Positions 22,247 through 34,900 of a DNA stretch of 64,000 nucleotides are shown here, piece by piece (position 1 is the stretch's first letter; every line of letters starts with the position of its first letter). The notes beneath the pieces were generated by a model that was not told the origin of the DNA, did not search any database, and was given only the letters and a program-made list of their open reading frames with translations. This stretch comes from Raillietiella orientalis (Eukaryota): the NCBI GenBank assembly GCA_036172245.1, contig JAYWIR010000029.1, positions 1,488,001-1,552,000 on the forward strand, written 5' to 3'. A program made the translations under genes and the position numbers.

Positions 22247-25200
22247 ATGAACCAAAATCATTATTTGGAAACGTATAGTGATATCCATAGGCATTTTATA
22301 CAAGCAATGTTGCATTCCCATGTTTTAGATTCGAAGGAGGCAGGCCAAGTTTTAGTGAAGTGTTGCAATGCCGCAAAAAGTAAGTTTTTTGAGTTTCTAG
22401 TTTTACAGTACTGATATGTATTTATGCAAGTATTATATCACATAATAGCGTAGATGTTGTGGTTATTAAGGATATTTTGACTTACATATTTTGGTTATTA
22501 AGGATACATTATTCAATGGATCATTATTTTCTGTTCTGTTACTTAAATGGTAGTGAATCTGAATGGGTTATAATGTTTACTTTGAAACTGTTAAAACAAA
22601 ATCAGTTTATAAAATTTTTGTTTGTACATAATTTTTTACTAAAATTGTTTAATGAAATTTAAATGTTTGTGTTAAACTCTTGTGTCATGATTGGTTTTGA
22701 TTAGTTCTGGTTATTTTCTAAGTGCTATTTGCTGTATTCGTTCGATTTAAGGAGGTGCTGGGTACATATTGTTTATTGCTAGTTTGAATATAACTCGTGG
22801 TTTCCATAATTAATGATACTCCTATTTTATATAATTAAGTATCAAACCGAAGTCAAGTCATTGGAAATGCAAATGTAAAAGGCTTGCTCCTTAAGCATGG
22901 TTGGTGAAGAGTGAACATTTTTAATATTTATGTCATTTGACTGCATTAAGCAATTTGAGCTGTGTATCCATGATGATTCCAATGTGTGCTTTTAAGTGCA
23001 TCTTCTGAAAACCATTTTTACTTTGCACATGTGCCCTATTTTTATGCTATTTGAAAACAATTAAAAAAATAATTCAATGGAAGCATTGTAGAGCGTAATT
23101 TTGAAATTTATAGATTGGTTAACTAATTAATGTGGTATGGAATTAAAAGTGGAATTTTAAGTTGTCTTAATTTTTTTGCATGACCTACCTGTGCTGTTTA
23201 AGGTAGATGATTTACATTTTACTCTTGAAATGTTCGAAGTTTTTGTGATGGATCTTTGTGTTCCTCTCTTATCATGTCATTGTAAAAGACTATCTTTGAT
23301 TGATTACTTGACTTATGCCAAAACCCAATTAAATATTATGGTTTATAAATATTTTGGTACTTGTTGAGTTACTCTAAAACTTTTGCAGTGCTATGTTGAT
23401 ATTCTTCAGACTACAACTTGTTTTCAATGCTTTTGGTTTTTATATTGGTAGTTATCTAGACCCTTTTCTGTTATTACTAAACTGTTATGAGTTTGATTGC
23501 ACTACAGACACATGCTATACTATTCCCATTGATCTTGAAAACAAGTTGAAGATGTTATTTTTAACTCTGAATAGCTAATAGTATACTTATATTTGTTGGG
23601 CATATTGTTGAATTTGTTGAATTTCAGCTTCAATTTAAGATTTCCACTTACATATTAGGTTTTTATCAATGAAAAGTTAGAAGACTGCATCAGTATGTTA
23701 GAAATTCAATTGGAAAAAGCTATTGATTTTCTGTTTGATCCAACTATTTTAGTTTCTTATATTTGTTTCATTAGAAGTATTTCTGGTGGTGTTTTCTGTT
23801 GTGTTTGTATTGTTTATGTATGCAGTGCAGAGTTGGAACCTGTATATCCTTGTAAAAGAATAATAAGAAATTGAGTGAGAGAAGTTAGGTCCTTATTTCT
23901 TGTCTTATAAATAATCACATAAAACCAGCAACAAAAGATTGAATAGATTAAAAAGGTTGTGTATTTTCTTAAGTATAAGAATTTCTGTTATATTTTATAA
24001 ACATTCTGTTCATAAAAGACCCTTCATTAATATTTTCTTAGTTGTTTTACATTGACAGTATAGTTTAATGCAAAATTTAGTTTTTTAAAAACATATGATT
24101 ATGTATTGCAAGATGTGATTAATGTGCAGTACAAGAAAAATCTACAAATATTGATATGTTAAAATAGAATCGATAAGCCAGCTAGAGGATTTAAACCATG
24201 CCTTAGAAATTGTTATCAAGAAAATCAATGAGATGATACATCCCATTCATATGGCTGTTCGAAAGGGTACCTGTGAAAATACAGGTACCAGCTATTATGT
24301 TCTTATCAATTTGATTGACAATGATTTATCAAGGTAAAGTATTTGAAAATGCTTCTTTTTCATATTTAGAGTGTGCAATAGAGCAGCCAAAGATATTTCT
24401 CAGAAAGAGCAAGAGTATTTTAGAAAATTAATAGAATTAATTGTAACTTCTAACAAAGGCATGATATCATCCATTTCTGCTCTCAATGCAGTAGATAGCC
24501 TTCCTGTCAAATTATTGAAAAGTGAAGCAGAAGAAATAATCAAGAAACTTACTGAGGATAAATGGATTGATGAGGTAAGTGTATTCTTAAATTGAGCCGT
24601 GCAAGATATATAAACGGTAGCTTTTCTTGCAGAATAGAGGTCAGCTGTCCTTGAGCGTTCGTACATTAATAGAATTTGATCCATATTTGAAAGATGTCTT
24701 TCAAGATAAAATTACATTTTGCAACATCTGTAAGCAGTTGGCGATTCAGGTTGCTCTTTTTATATATCATCAGATAATTATAATTTTTTCTTCTTCATAT
24801 TAGAAGAGATTTATTCTTTGTTTCAATTAGTCTGTTGCATTAATGTGATTATTTTAAAGTATATCGTATTCATTTTGTCACTGATCAGAGTAGATTATAT
24901 CACTGCCTAAATTACTCTTTATTCTTAATTTCCATGTTGGCAAACTTATTGATTAATCTTACCACATTTTGTTTTCTATCCAGATTCTAGAGTTAACTAT
25001 ATTTAGTTTAGTGTGGCGAGACTACCGATATTCGATATCTTGGGCACTGACCAGGGAACTGCACTTTACAGTTATTATTTCTTTGTTGCAAATTTGTCAG
25101 TTTAGACAGTTGGAAAGTGTTTTACGGTTTTTTTTTCCGGTAGTCGTATGGCAATTGTCCATTCTCAGGATCAAGGAATATTTTGCCCTCAGCAAATCAA

Positions 25201-27976
25201 CTAATGGAACAATCCGGTTCCTGTTGTTTCCGTTATTTTTGCTTTTGTAGAGTGTATCCACAAGCGAGACTCCAGCCTCATTCATTTTACAAGCCTACTT
25301 TGATTTCAGCACCTAATTTGTCATCCTATGCTTAATTTTCATGTCATCTGCAACTATCTACATGTAGTAAATTTTCGTTAACAGTAAGCTAGTGCTAACG
25401 TTTTTCATTATGGTGTTTACTTCCTTTTGTAATTTTTTCTCTGCTCATTTTTTCTCGCTCAGCATTTCTCTGCCCGCGTTTGCTTCACTTCTGATGCATC
25501 TGTATACTTGTATGTCTTGCATAATTCATAATTCAAACTTTTATGTGCGTGTTCCATGAATTTGTTTCGGTGATGCACGTTTTCTCACTTTTATGAATTC
25601 TCTTTTCTATTTCATTTTAAGTCAATAGTAATGGTTAACAAAAATGTACAGGAATTTTTGATATGAAGTGTTCGGCGGTGTTTAAAATAATACTTAATGT
25701 GCTTTGTTAGCACCAAGACCAGTTTCGATTTTAATACTCTTCACGGAGCATGACTCACTAGTTTCACATTGGTCCACCCCTTTTTTCCCGTTTTATATTA
25801 TTATAAACTTGTGAATCTTATTTGAATACCACAGATTTGGAAAATGAATATAAAATATAATGTATACATGTAGAAAATAAATCACGTGTGAACAATTAGG
25901 AATTATTTGTATCGGCATGAGGGAAAAAATATTTCTTCGGTACGTTAAAGCAGGAGTTTTCCAACCACATGCTGTCTCATCCTTCAACTTCTCAAAGTTC
26001 CGAGTGAATCGATTTTTCAGTTTTTCGTTTCTAAAATTTTGGCGTAGTTTGTATTGATTGATGATGCATTTTAAAGGTGATGCAGGAAATCTAACAGTTG
26101 ATCCCTTGACTTCGTGAGAATTGCAATCATTCCAGTTTCAGTAAATAAATAAAATGACCAGGTGGATTGGAAATTTTCAGGGTGAAAAAATGGGATATCT
26201 CTTTAAGTAAGAGCAACATTGACTGTACCATACGTAATAGAATTAATAGATTAGTTGATGGGGACCTCAAGCCATGGAATTCAAAGCGAAGTTGTCTCCT
26301 GAAATCGCGATTTTCAGCTAGAACTATGAAAACACGTTCCGTTCCCCGCCCTTTTCGCGAACCCAATGTACATCCTTCCCAAGAGGATGTTTTCCGAGTT
26401 TTGGAAACCTTGTACTAAAATTGTATTTAAAAAAAAAAGCTCTTGCGGTTGTATATAGATGAGCAGTGCACGGAAGGTCTTCGTCGATGTCCACATCCCA
26501 ATGCAATTCAGTTGGTTATGTACCAGGTCTTCCAAACTCAGAGTTCCTCGTTTTTTTATACTTAGTATTCCCATCCTGGCTCATGAGCCTGTTTGTTAAC
26601 GTTTGCTTGGAAGGTGCTCATGGAATTATGCATTCCTACGCTCACGGAATGTTCTTGTCCATTGAGGCTGTCACTTGGACTCACCAGTTGATTTTCCTTT
26701 CGTATAATTAGACATCTCACCGAATCACGTGAAGTTTAGTTGAAAATCGTTCCATATCCGATCTCACATCCCTCACTGAATAGTATCTTCATGTACTGGA
26801 GGTCGTAAACAATTTGGCGCCATTACTTCTAGGTAATGAATACTCAGATGAATGCAGAATAAGGAAATGGAAGAGGCGGATGTAAATCAGAAATGAAATA
26901 GCTGTAGTGACCTGTCTCGTGTCCACATTGCATTGCAGCATTTAGGGGCATCTCAGTGTACCGCATCGAATTCTCAAGTTGAAGACATCAAGCAGTTTTA
27001 GCTTTCCTTGAAAGCATTTGCATTACTCTTAATGATGAGAGTGATAATGGGTTGTCTTTTGTGCGGTGTATTTTGAATGAACAATAATTAAATTGCGATG
27101 ATTTGTTTTGTTTTTTTTGTCCTTTTTATATTTTCCCTCGTCGATTTATCGAACTTACCTGCGGTTTTCTTTTTCCGTTTTACTACTTTGAAGCGTAAAG
27201 ATTTGAAGGCGCACCCTTGATGAGGAAGTGAACACCGTTTGAATCTGTATTTTGTGGTCATGAAACCAGGAATATAAAAGAAACACCCTTTGCAATAACA
27301 TCTTCAGCAGCTGTGGTTACACTTTGATTCTAAAACTAGTATTTGAGTATCACTTCAGTTTGTCAACGAATAATATTTTCTATCTGAAAGGGAATGTTTC
27401 GGTCGCAATTTGCGAATGTTTTTTTCGTGCGAGTTTGCATCAATATTCTGTTGTTGAAATTGTGAGTCATCGGAAGATTCCAGAAAATCCATTAGCCATT
27501 ACTTATCATATGTAGGGGATCGAACTGGCGCCTCATTCAATACTTTTGACGGTTTCTTGATGTGATGATGTCAGAAGGATGTATGTGCTTTCTGGTCCGG
27601 CGCCGCCGCTTGCTTTCAAATGTGAATTCCTCTTTTGGATCTGTATGCGCTCAAAGAGTTTTGAGCCGAAGATGTACGGCCTTTCATTGATTATTTATCG
27701 TAAAGAGTATCCCAAAGCCATCAATTGATTCTCGGCAAATGATTCTCGTCGGTTGCTGCGTTTCGTTGCACTTCAAAGAATACCAGGCAGCTGTAGAAAG
27801 TAGCTTTGATTGCTTTCAAGTTGCGATGTGCTTTCAAGTACTGCGAGCACACATTAAATGTTTTTCAGGGACGTGTATGTGGAAATTGCCAGATGAAGTT
27901 TCATGCTCGCTGCATCGAGAGATTCGCCTCTGCGGGAATAATCAAATGCCTAAACTGCCGCAGTGTGTTTTCCTGA
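22247..27976 (+). CDS. NSMCE1: Non-structural maintenance of chromosomes element 1 (Nse1, SMC5/6 complex RING subunit), about 238 aa, 5 coding exons
   Basis: Join 22247-22379, 24168-24333, 24382-24574, 24633-24749, 27869-27976. Total 717 nt, GT-AG, phases consistent. N-terminal YSDIHRHFIQAML, then KGTCENTGTSYYVLINL and EYFRKLIELIV...KSEAEEIIKKLTEDKWI...RTLIEFDPYL. The C-terminal RING-like region is CNICKQLAIQGRVCGNCQMKFHARCIERF...KCLNC. These match recalled Nse1 motifs. Confidence 0.92.
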
Positions 27977-30900
27977 GTGTTCCACCTCGACGAAGAGTAC
28001 ATATATGTGGAGAGAATATGGTAATTTCACTTTTCTGCCGATTGTACTGATATGATGTTTATGTGGTGTATTTTAAAGCAGTGTGGGATGTTCCATAGCA
28101 TTGACCTCATTCGTTCTGATGAAGATGGAATAGGTGATTCGATAGAATTCCAACCTTTGTTCACTTCTCAGATCAAATGTTCATGGTGTTTTCTGCATAG
28201 TATCTCAGATTTGCAATATTGTGAATCGAAAGCTTTTGTGGACGCTTGGAAGGCGAATTTTCAAGGAATGCCTTAATTCGAAAATGCAAAAGTTTGTTTT
28301 CGAGTACTAAGGTGTTTTGAAACGTAGTAATAAGACGTTTTGAGAGAAGATTCGTAGTTGCCACGATGTGGGGGACTTCATTTCTAGATAGACAGAGCTT
28401 CATTGTATGAGAAATTTGTTTTTGGTTGTTTTGAGTTTTATTTGTTAAAAGCATTTTTTGTCCTCCGAAAACTGAACCATGTTGAGGTGATCAAAACAGT
28501 GATTTCGGGCTGTTCTTTTGTTTTCAAACAACCGAATTATTGTAACCAGCCGTAATCGGATGCGAAAAGTTCATTTCTCGTGGTTGAAAATTCAGGATTT
28601 CATTTCTTCTTCTTCTTCTTGCTCCGCTTTTCTTTTCTTCCATTTTCTTAAATGCGGTAGGAATAATGAAGTGCAAAAATTCGAGTATTAGAAAGAAAGC
28701 CAAAAAATAAATAAATAAAACAAAATGCGAAAATCAGGTTGTTCTGGGCAGACAGCGTAAGTGCCCTGATAGGATTTGTCTCCCTTATTTATCTGATTCA
28801 ACCCATTTCTGTCGAGAATTTCCTTTAAATGGAATAAAGCAAGCAACAGTTTTTCGGCGTAATAGACGATGTTGCGAACGTGCATATATGGTACGTTGGT
28901 TTGGTTTCTCCTTCATATTCATCCTACAGGTTCCTCAAAAGATCGGATTGTTCCGATTACATTGGTATTCAAATCAGGACTTCTCGACTCATTTTGTGCT
29001 GTGTGGTAGCCTGTTGATTTGTTACAGTTTTTGCATTATGGACCATCACGTTTGTCTAGTAGGAGAACTTTGTGCATTTTTGACATCTGAGCATGTCAGT
29101 AGATTCGATGTACACCGAACTGTTCCTCACCAGAAGTCTCCCGAGCGTGTCATCTGAAGTTTTCTTGGCCTCTCGATTTGCTGTCTTATATTGAAGATTT
29201 TTTTTTAAAGAACCTAGGTAACTCCATAACTAGTAACTCGTAACGACCTTGGTGGAGGTAATGACTTTTCGGGAACTCTTGCTTCTAAAGCGGCCAATCA
29301 TCTGTGTTGCGTGTTGTTCTTGGCGTTCTTATTTGACAAGGAGATTTCCTTTCTTTAGTTGCTGTTTTGGCTTTTATTATACCGTGTGTGTAACATGCGA
29401 TTACAAAACCTTTGGGGAGCTAGCTGTTTCGGGAATGGAAACTAGGGTCTTCATCCGTGAGGTAGTCACGTTGTTTGTTCACATCTGGGGTGATGCTTGC
29501 TTTCAGTACCTTCTGGTCCTCTAGGTTTCGTTTTGTCTTTTGTTTTTCAAGCAGTTTTCGGTAAACCCTGTCCTTTGTTTATCACACAGAATTCTGTTGC
29601 AGGAATTGATCGTATTGTTTCCGTGATAACGAAGAAACATTAAAACGTCAATCAGTGGGAAAAAACTCCCATTTAAAATGAAATTTTAATTCCAAATGCG
29701 GATAGAACTTTGAATATTCGATTTGGAATTTTTCTGCTGAAGGAATATGCAACAAAATCTTTACTTAATTTCGACACTTGAAGGACTTTTGTCAAAGGTC
29801 AGTTTCGCCACCGTATCACGTATCCGTGTGCAGCAGCGTTGGCATAATTAAGGTCAAGCGCTGGCAGGCTCAAAGACAGCCCCGCTTGAAGCTGTTGTTC
29901 GAGTTTTTACTGTTTCAGGACAGAATTCCGCGTTTCCCTTTTCTCTCTCAGTAGAAAATGTGCTCATTCCGTTCGTGGCAGTTGCAGTCATTTCTAAATG
30001 TTCATGCCCGCATGAACAGCAAGGTTGAAATTACAGTGTTCTACACAGCCTTAGTGGTGAAACATGATCAGAAAAATTCTTCTAGACTTTGAAATTTCAT
30101 TTAGCCATATTTGTCTGATGTATTAATCTTGTACCAGTCTTAAACACAATATTAACAGATGTAGCGCTCTGTCCTCTGCCTGAATGATCAATGAAAGCTT
30201 CTTTCAAATCCTCATGGCACCTATTCCTGCTTCTTAACGATACAAGAGAAACGTTCTCCTCAGAGGCCTGGTTAGGATGTATGCTGTTCAGAATTTCATT
30301 TGAGAGCAGTAATCACACCCAAGATCCGTTTCTCGATGGTGCCGTTTTCATGTGATAAGTCGCGCGCTTCGGGGAGCGATTCTTTTTCAAGTGACCGACA
30401 CATTTCAAATTCAAGTGTTGGTGAGAATTTGAATGAAGGTAACCCCACAAGTTCTTGATTGGTTCAGTCAGTAAAGAAAAAAAAAAAAAAAATCTAGTAA
30501 TCGATGCGCAGTATGAGAAAAATTTAAATCTTATTTATCGGCGACTGAGAGGCAGTTTGTTTTGGCGACTGTCACAAAATTCGCGAAATACGAATTGCTG
30601 TCTCTGTCTGTCTCCGTGTCGCGCGAGTGGCCGACTAAGTCCACATCGAAAGGGAAGGTGCAGATTTGTCTGCTTCCTTCTTTGATCTGCTTGCATCTGG
30701 CAAGTGCATACGAGTCGCAGGGTTGAGAGGAAACGAGAGGATTCGTCGGAATCAAAAGAACGCCTAGGTATTTCGGCGTGTGCCGAGCGCCAAAGATCGT
30801 CGGAATTTCAAATGAACGTACTTTGTGACATTAAGGAGATGGAAAAGATCCCAAGAAACGTGAAAGCGCCATTTCGAAAGCCGTAGCGAATGTGGAGGGA

Positions 30901-31794
30901 AGAACATCATTTGCATTTGTAAGCAAGCGAAACAACCAGTAACCACCGAAAGCTATTGAATTGTGAAATTTACGGGAAATGCCGAAGTGTCCTTGAGTAC
31001 TGCTTGAAAATGCTGTTGTCCTATCCGACGTAATGTAAGGATTTGGAAGGCACTTGGCATTTGTTGATCGGTATGCGTAGATTTTTCTTTCGAGGATGCA
31101 TTCGTTTCTAGATGTGGAAGCATACAGGAACCCATCTCGAAGGGAACGCTTGAGGTCAATATATATATATTTCAATATCTGGCGATCGGATACTGACCTT
31201 TCAACATTTCCCCGAACAGTTTCGTTCAAGGTTCTGGAAAGAGAATAACCGCAAGACGGAGTTACATAAAAGAGGACAACTGGCGCTTCTGCTCGTCGTG
31301 ACTGCTTGTCATGATGTCGGGAACGTGGTGGACCTGATTGGAAAGATGGCTCCGACGTCGGTAGAAACCCAAAAGAGAAGCGTGGAAAAAAGAAGGAAAA
31401 AAGGGTTATCAGATAAAAGTGTCGTTTTGTTGTACGAAACGAAATCAGATAGCATCAAGTGTTAAATCGAAGTGACATGGGCAAGGGAAGAAAGGAACCC
31501 CGAACACCGACGCAGTGGGTAACAGTAGGGAAATAGAGAAAGCGTATGCTGGCATGTACCGTTTCTCCTTTATCTTTATCTAACGTCAACGAAAATAATT
31601 GGTTTGTCATCTCTCGAAATTTGGTAAATTCGCCTTAACGTTTGGGAAATTATTCGCTTATGCAGTTTATTCATTACTTCCTTGAGCGATAACGTTCAGT
31701 TTCTGGTTTGGGGTCGTATGTTCCGGATTCTCCATAAAAATAGAGGGAGATGTTCGACCTCGAAGAGTGACAATTTTAGTAGTAACCTGTGCAA

Positions 31795-31975
31795 TTAAGA
31801 GAAGTTGAAGACTTTCAAATATATTGACTCAGAATTTGAGAATCGAAGTAGAGCAAAGTTAGGGAACAAAAAGCACCGAAACTTCAGTTTTCCGAATAGT
31901 GTATACAAATACCACATACAGTGTCTAGAAATAATGATGTATATAGAAATACGACGTCTCAGTAGAAAGATTTCC
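31795..31975 (+). mobile_element. Possible decayed LINE RT fragment
   Basis: EKLKTFKYIDS resembles the post-RT 'E.V..FKYLGS' motif, and IMMYIEIRRL loosely resembles 'LLYG.E.W.L'. Weak evidence. Confidence 0.3.
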
Positions 31976-34900
31976 AACTTCTTTTGTGTATTAGAACAGT
32001 GGATTGATGATGACCACATTCAGGTCAAACAAGCCAAATCTCCGGATTAAATAGACCTAAGAAAACTTCCAAGGTTTCCAGACTTGTGAAACTGTTTCAT
32101 TCGCAGTTTCTTCGTGCTCGCTTCGTTTATCCATATAGAGTTAACTACCAAAAGTTTCCAAATAAGTAAAGAAATTTCAAGCTTCAGAGAGACTGCCACA
32201 ATTATTTCCATGGAATTTATGGAGAATGGTTCGAGCTGAGTGACCGATGGTAAATAATTACAAGTTAGCATGCCTGTAAGGGAAAGCATGAAGAATCGAC
32301 AGGTCAGCAGCGGATGAGCAGAGGACGCATAGAGCTGATGTAAAACTGTTGCTTGAAGACGTCGTTTTCTTTATCGTTCTTGGTTTCTTGTGCAGAACTG
32401 TAGAGGAGCAAGGGAGGATTTAAAGAGGCGTTTAAAGCTGTGTTGGACCTTTTTGTACAGAAAGAGAGTACTGATTGTAATAAGTGCAATCCTGTACCGA
32501 TTTCGTTGATGCGGAGCAGAGCATTCGCATCTCGCGGCGCCCAGCATGCGTGCCGTTTCAGCACGATTGCTGTCGCGCGTGTTGGCGCCATCGGATAGCA
32601 CTTTCTGCGAACGTAGGAAATTCATTCATGCAGACGAACGTGTTACAGCCTCCATTTTGACCATCTTACAGCCTGCCCGATTTCTAAACCGCAAGGGGGC
32701 AATAGAAATAAACACGCCAAAACTCGGTCGGGAATAGAAGAGGATCGGAAGCTGCAAAAATGCACGAATCTCAAACGTGTTCGAATGTTCGCGTGCTGGG
32801 ATGAGGTCTTTTCGTCAGATTAGTGATTAATTCATTATTGCGTTTGTAACTGCATTTCATTTCTAGTGATTAATCTTCTTACTTTTTATCTTGTATGTCA
32901 TTATGTGGATGCGCTTTGCTACATTTCTGTTAGAAGCTTGGAGTTAAAAATTAGGAATCAATGACGGGCTGTTGATGTTGCTGGGGGAAGAAAAAATGCA
33001 ATTTTTTTTTTTAGGAACGAAGAAACACGAGTGCTTGCTTAATTTCTGGATGAGACCACGGCCAGGAATCCTTTGCGGATGATGAAGAACATGGGCATTG
33101 GTACAGCACTCTAAGGAAAACTGCAGCATACATCTGCGGCATAATCAACGAAAGGCAGAATATCCGTGGTTTTTTTTGGGGGAGGGGCAAAAAAGGAACA
33201 GGAGACAGATGATAGAGAAATGTTGCATTTCTTTCAAGGCAGTACACAGGAAAGGATCGACATTTGGAGTACTGCTTTCCTCATCGCAGTCACGTTAAAT
33301 GATTCGTTTATTAGTTCAGCGACCTTTATCGTGAAAGCATCTTTGCATGTATTTTTTATTTTCTATTAAGGCATTGTATTTTCGCGAACTTTTTAAAATT
33401 TAGGATTATGAATGCACCATGAAATGTGTGAAAATATGTTTTGCATTAAATTGAGTGTCATTTGGAAATCTCAAGTCTTTGGGGATAAACAGTTGTCAAG
33501 GAAGTTAATAAAAATGATCGATTCGTAAGTGATACCCTTTTTTTCTGTAAAAAATCCTAAATTGTAAATCATTCCAAGTAATTACATGGAACTTGCTAGA
33601 CGCAAGTCTTATTCGTTATAGCCTGTAAGTGATACAGCGTGTGAATCGCTTGTGGTAAGAAAGTCCACAGTTCGAGGGACTCAGGAATTTAATAAAAGGA
33701 TCGTCGATATCCATGCTAAAATGTAAGATGGAGTGAAGACGAAGCATCCATGTCTGTCTCATGGATTTGTGTTTATCATAATACATCAAATTGAGTAGAC
33801 TTTTCTATTCTATTTTATTTTCATTTCATTTCATGGCTATTGAGCGGAAGAGGAGCAAAAAAATCTTTCAGCCATGAATGTTTTTCCTGGTAACGTGCGA
33901 TCCTCTCGACTAAAAGTAATCGATAAGACCTGTAATGTCATGTGTTATGTAAATCCGCATTTGATTTTTTTTTTTTTTTATTCCATGTGTTGACCGTAAA
34001 TCTGTTCCGAGATTCCTTCCGAGCCGACCGTTTCTGGTCGGCGGACTTCTCTCATTTCCAAGCGAGCGTCTGTGCCCATCAGGGTTTTGTAAATGCATCG
34101 TAGAAGCAGTTCTAGATCAAGGCTGCAAGACACGTTCTCAATCATTAGACATTTCAATTTTTACTTGATTTTCTATTATGGCCGTGCTTCATTTCTCGTG
34201 GCACTTGAAAAAAATCAATCTCGATATAAGTGTGGACTCTGTTGACGTCGCTCACTTTTGATTTTTCGGACGAATAAGTCACAAGCTGCTGTGCCATTTA
34301 CTTGGGAATATTCTGCCCTCTAGGTAATATGGATGATATTTGACCCTTCCTCAAGCATACACGTTCTAAGACAAATTTGTTCGCATTAGGAGTGTGGTTA
34401 GCGGTCCTGGTCGCAGGAGATCAAAAAAGTGTGATGTTGCGTAATTACGAGTATCGTTATCAATGAAGTTCTTCGGGCATCTTTTCACGCAAATCACGTT
34501 TGGTGTTGCTTCGTTCGTTGCATTCGTAATAGGTAAGTTACTGATCTGTGGTTTTTCACTTGGCGGCCAAGAAATCTAGAAATCGTTTGCATCGTAAGCA
34601 GCAACAGTTTGATGCTGGATTCTGAAATATCTTGAGGTTTTCACGGCCTCGCATCTCAAGTGCTTTTGTATTGAGATCTGCAGGTTCGGTGTGCAAGGGG
34701 ACTTTGAAAAACCTCGATTCGGGGTAACCTCCTGATGGTCGCTTGTTGTCTTGTCGGGGCTGTTGTTAATCGGTTACGGTTGCAGCATCCGTTTCGGTTT
34801 CTCCATTGAAATGATTAAAGTAAAATTCGTGTCTTGGGAGCGGGGAGGGGGGGAACTCACGAGTTCACGAATCTCCCTGTTACGATTTTCGTTGTGGGGT

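Noticed and set aside
22899..23013. Box C/D-like motifs (TGAAGA, ATGATGA, CTGA, GGTT/AACC) in NSMCE1 intron 1
   Set aside because: Non-canonical C box, far from the acceptor, and no recognisable guide. Such motifs are common in AT-rich DNA.
27515..27525. tRNA B-box-like GTTCGATCCCC on the minus strand
   Set aside because: No A-box or cloverleaf around it.
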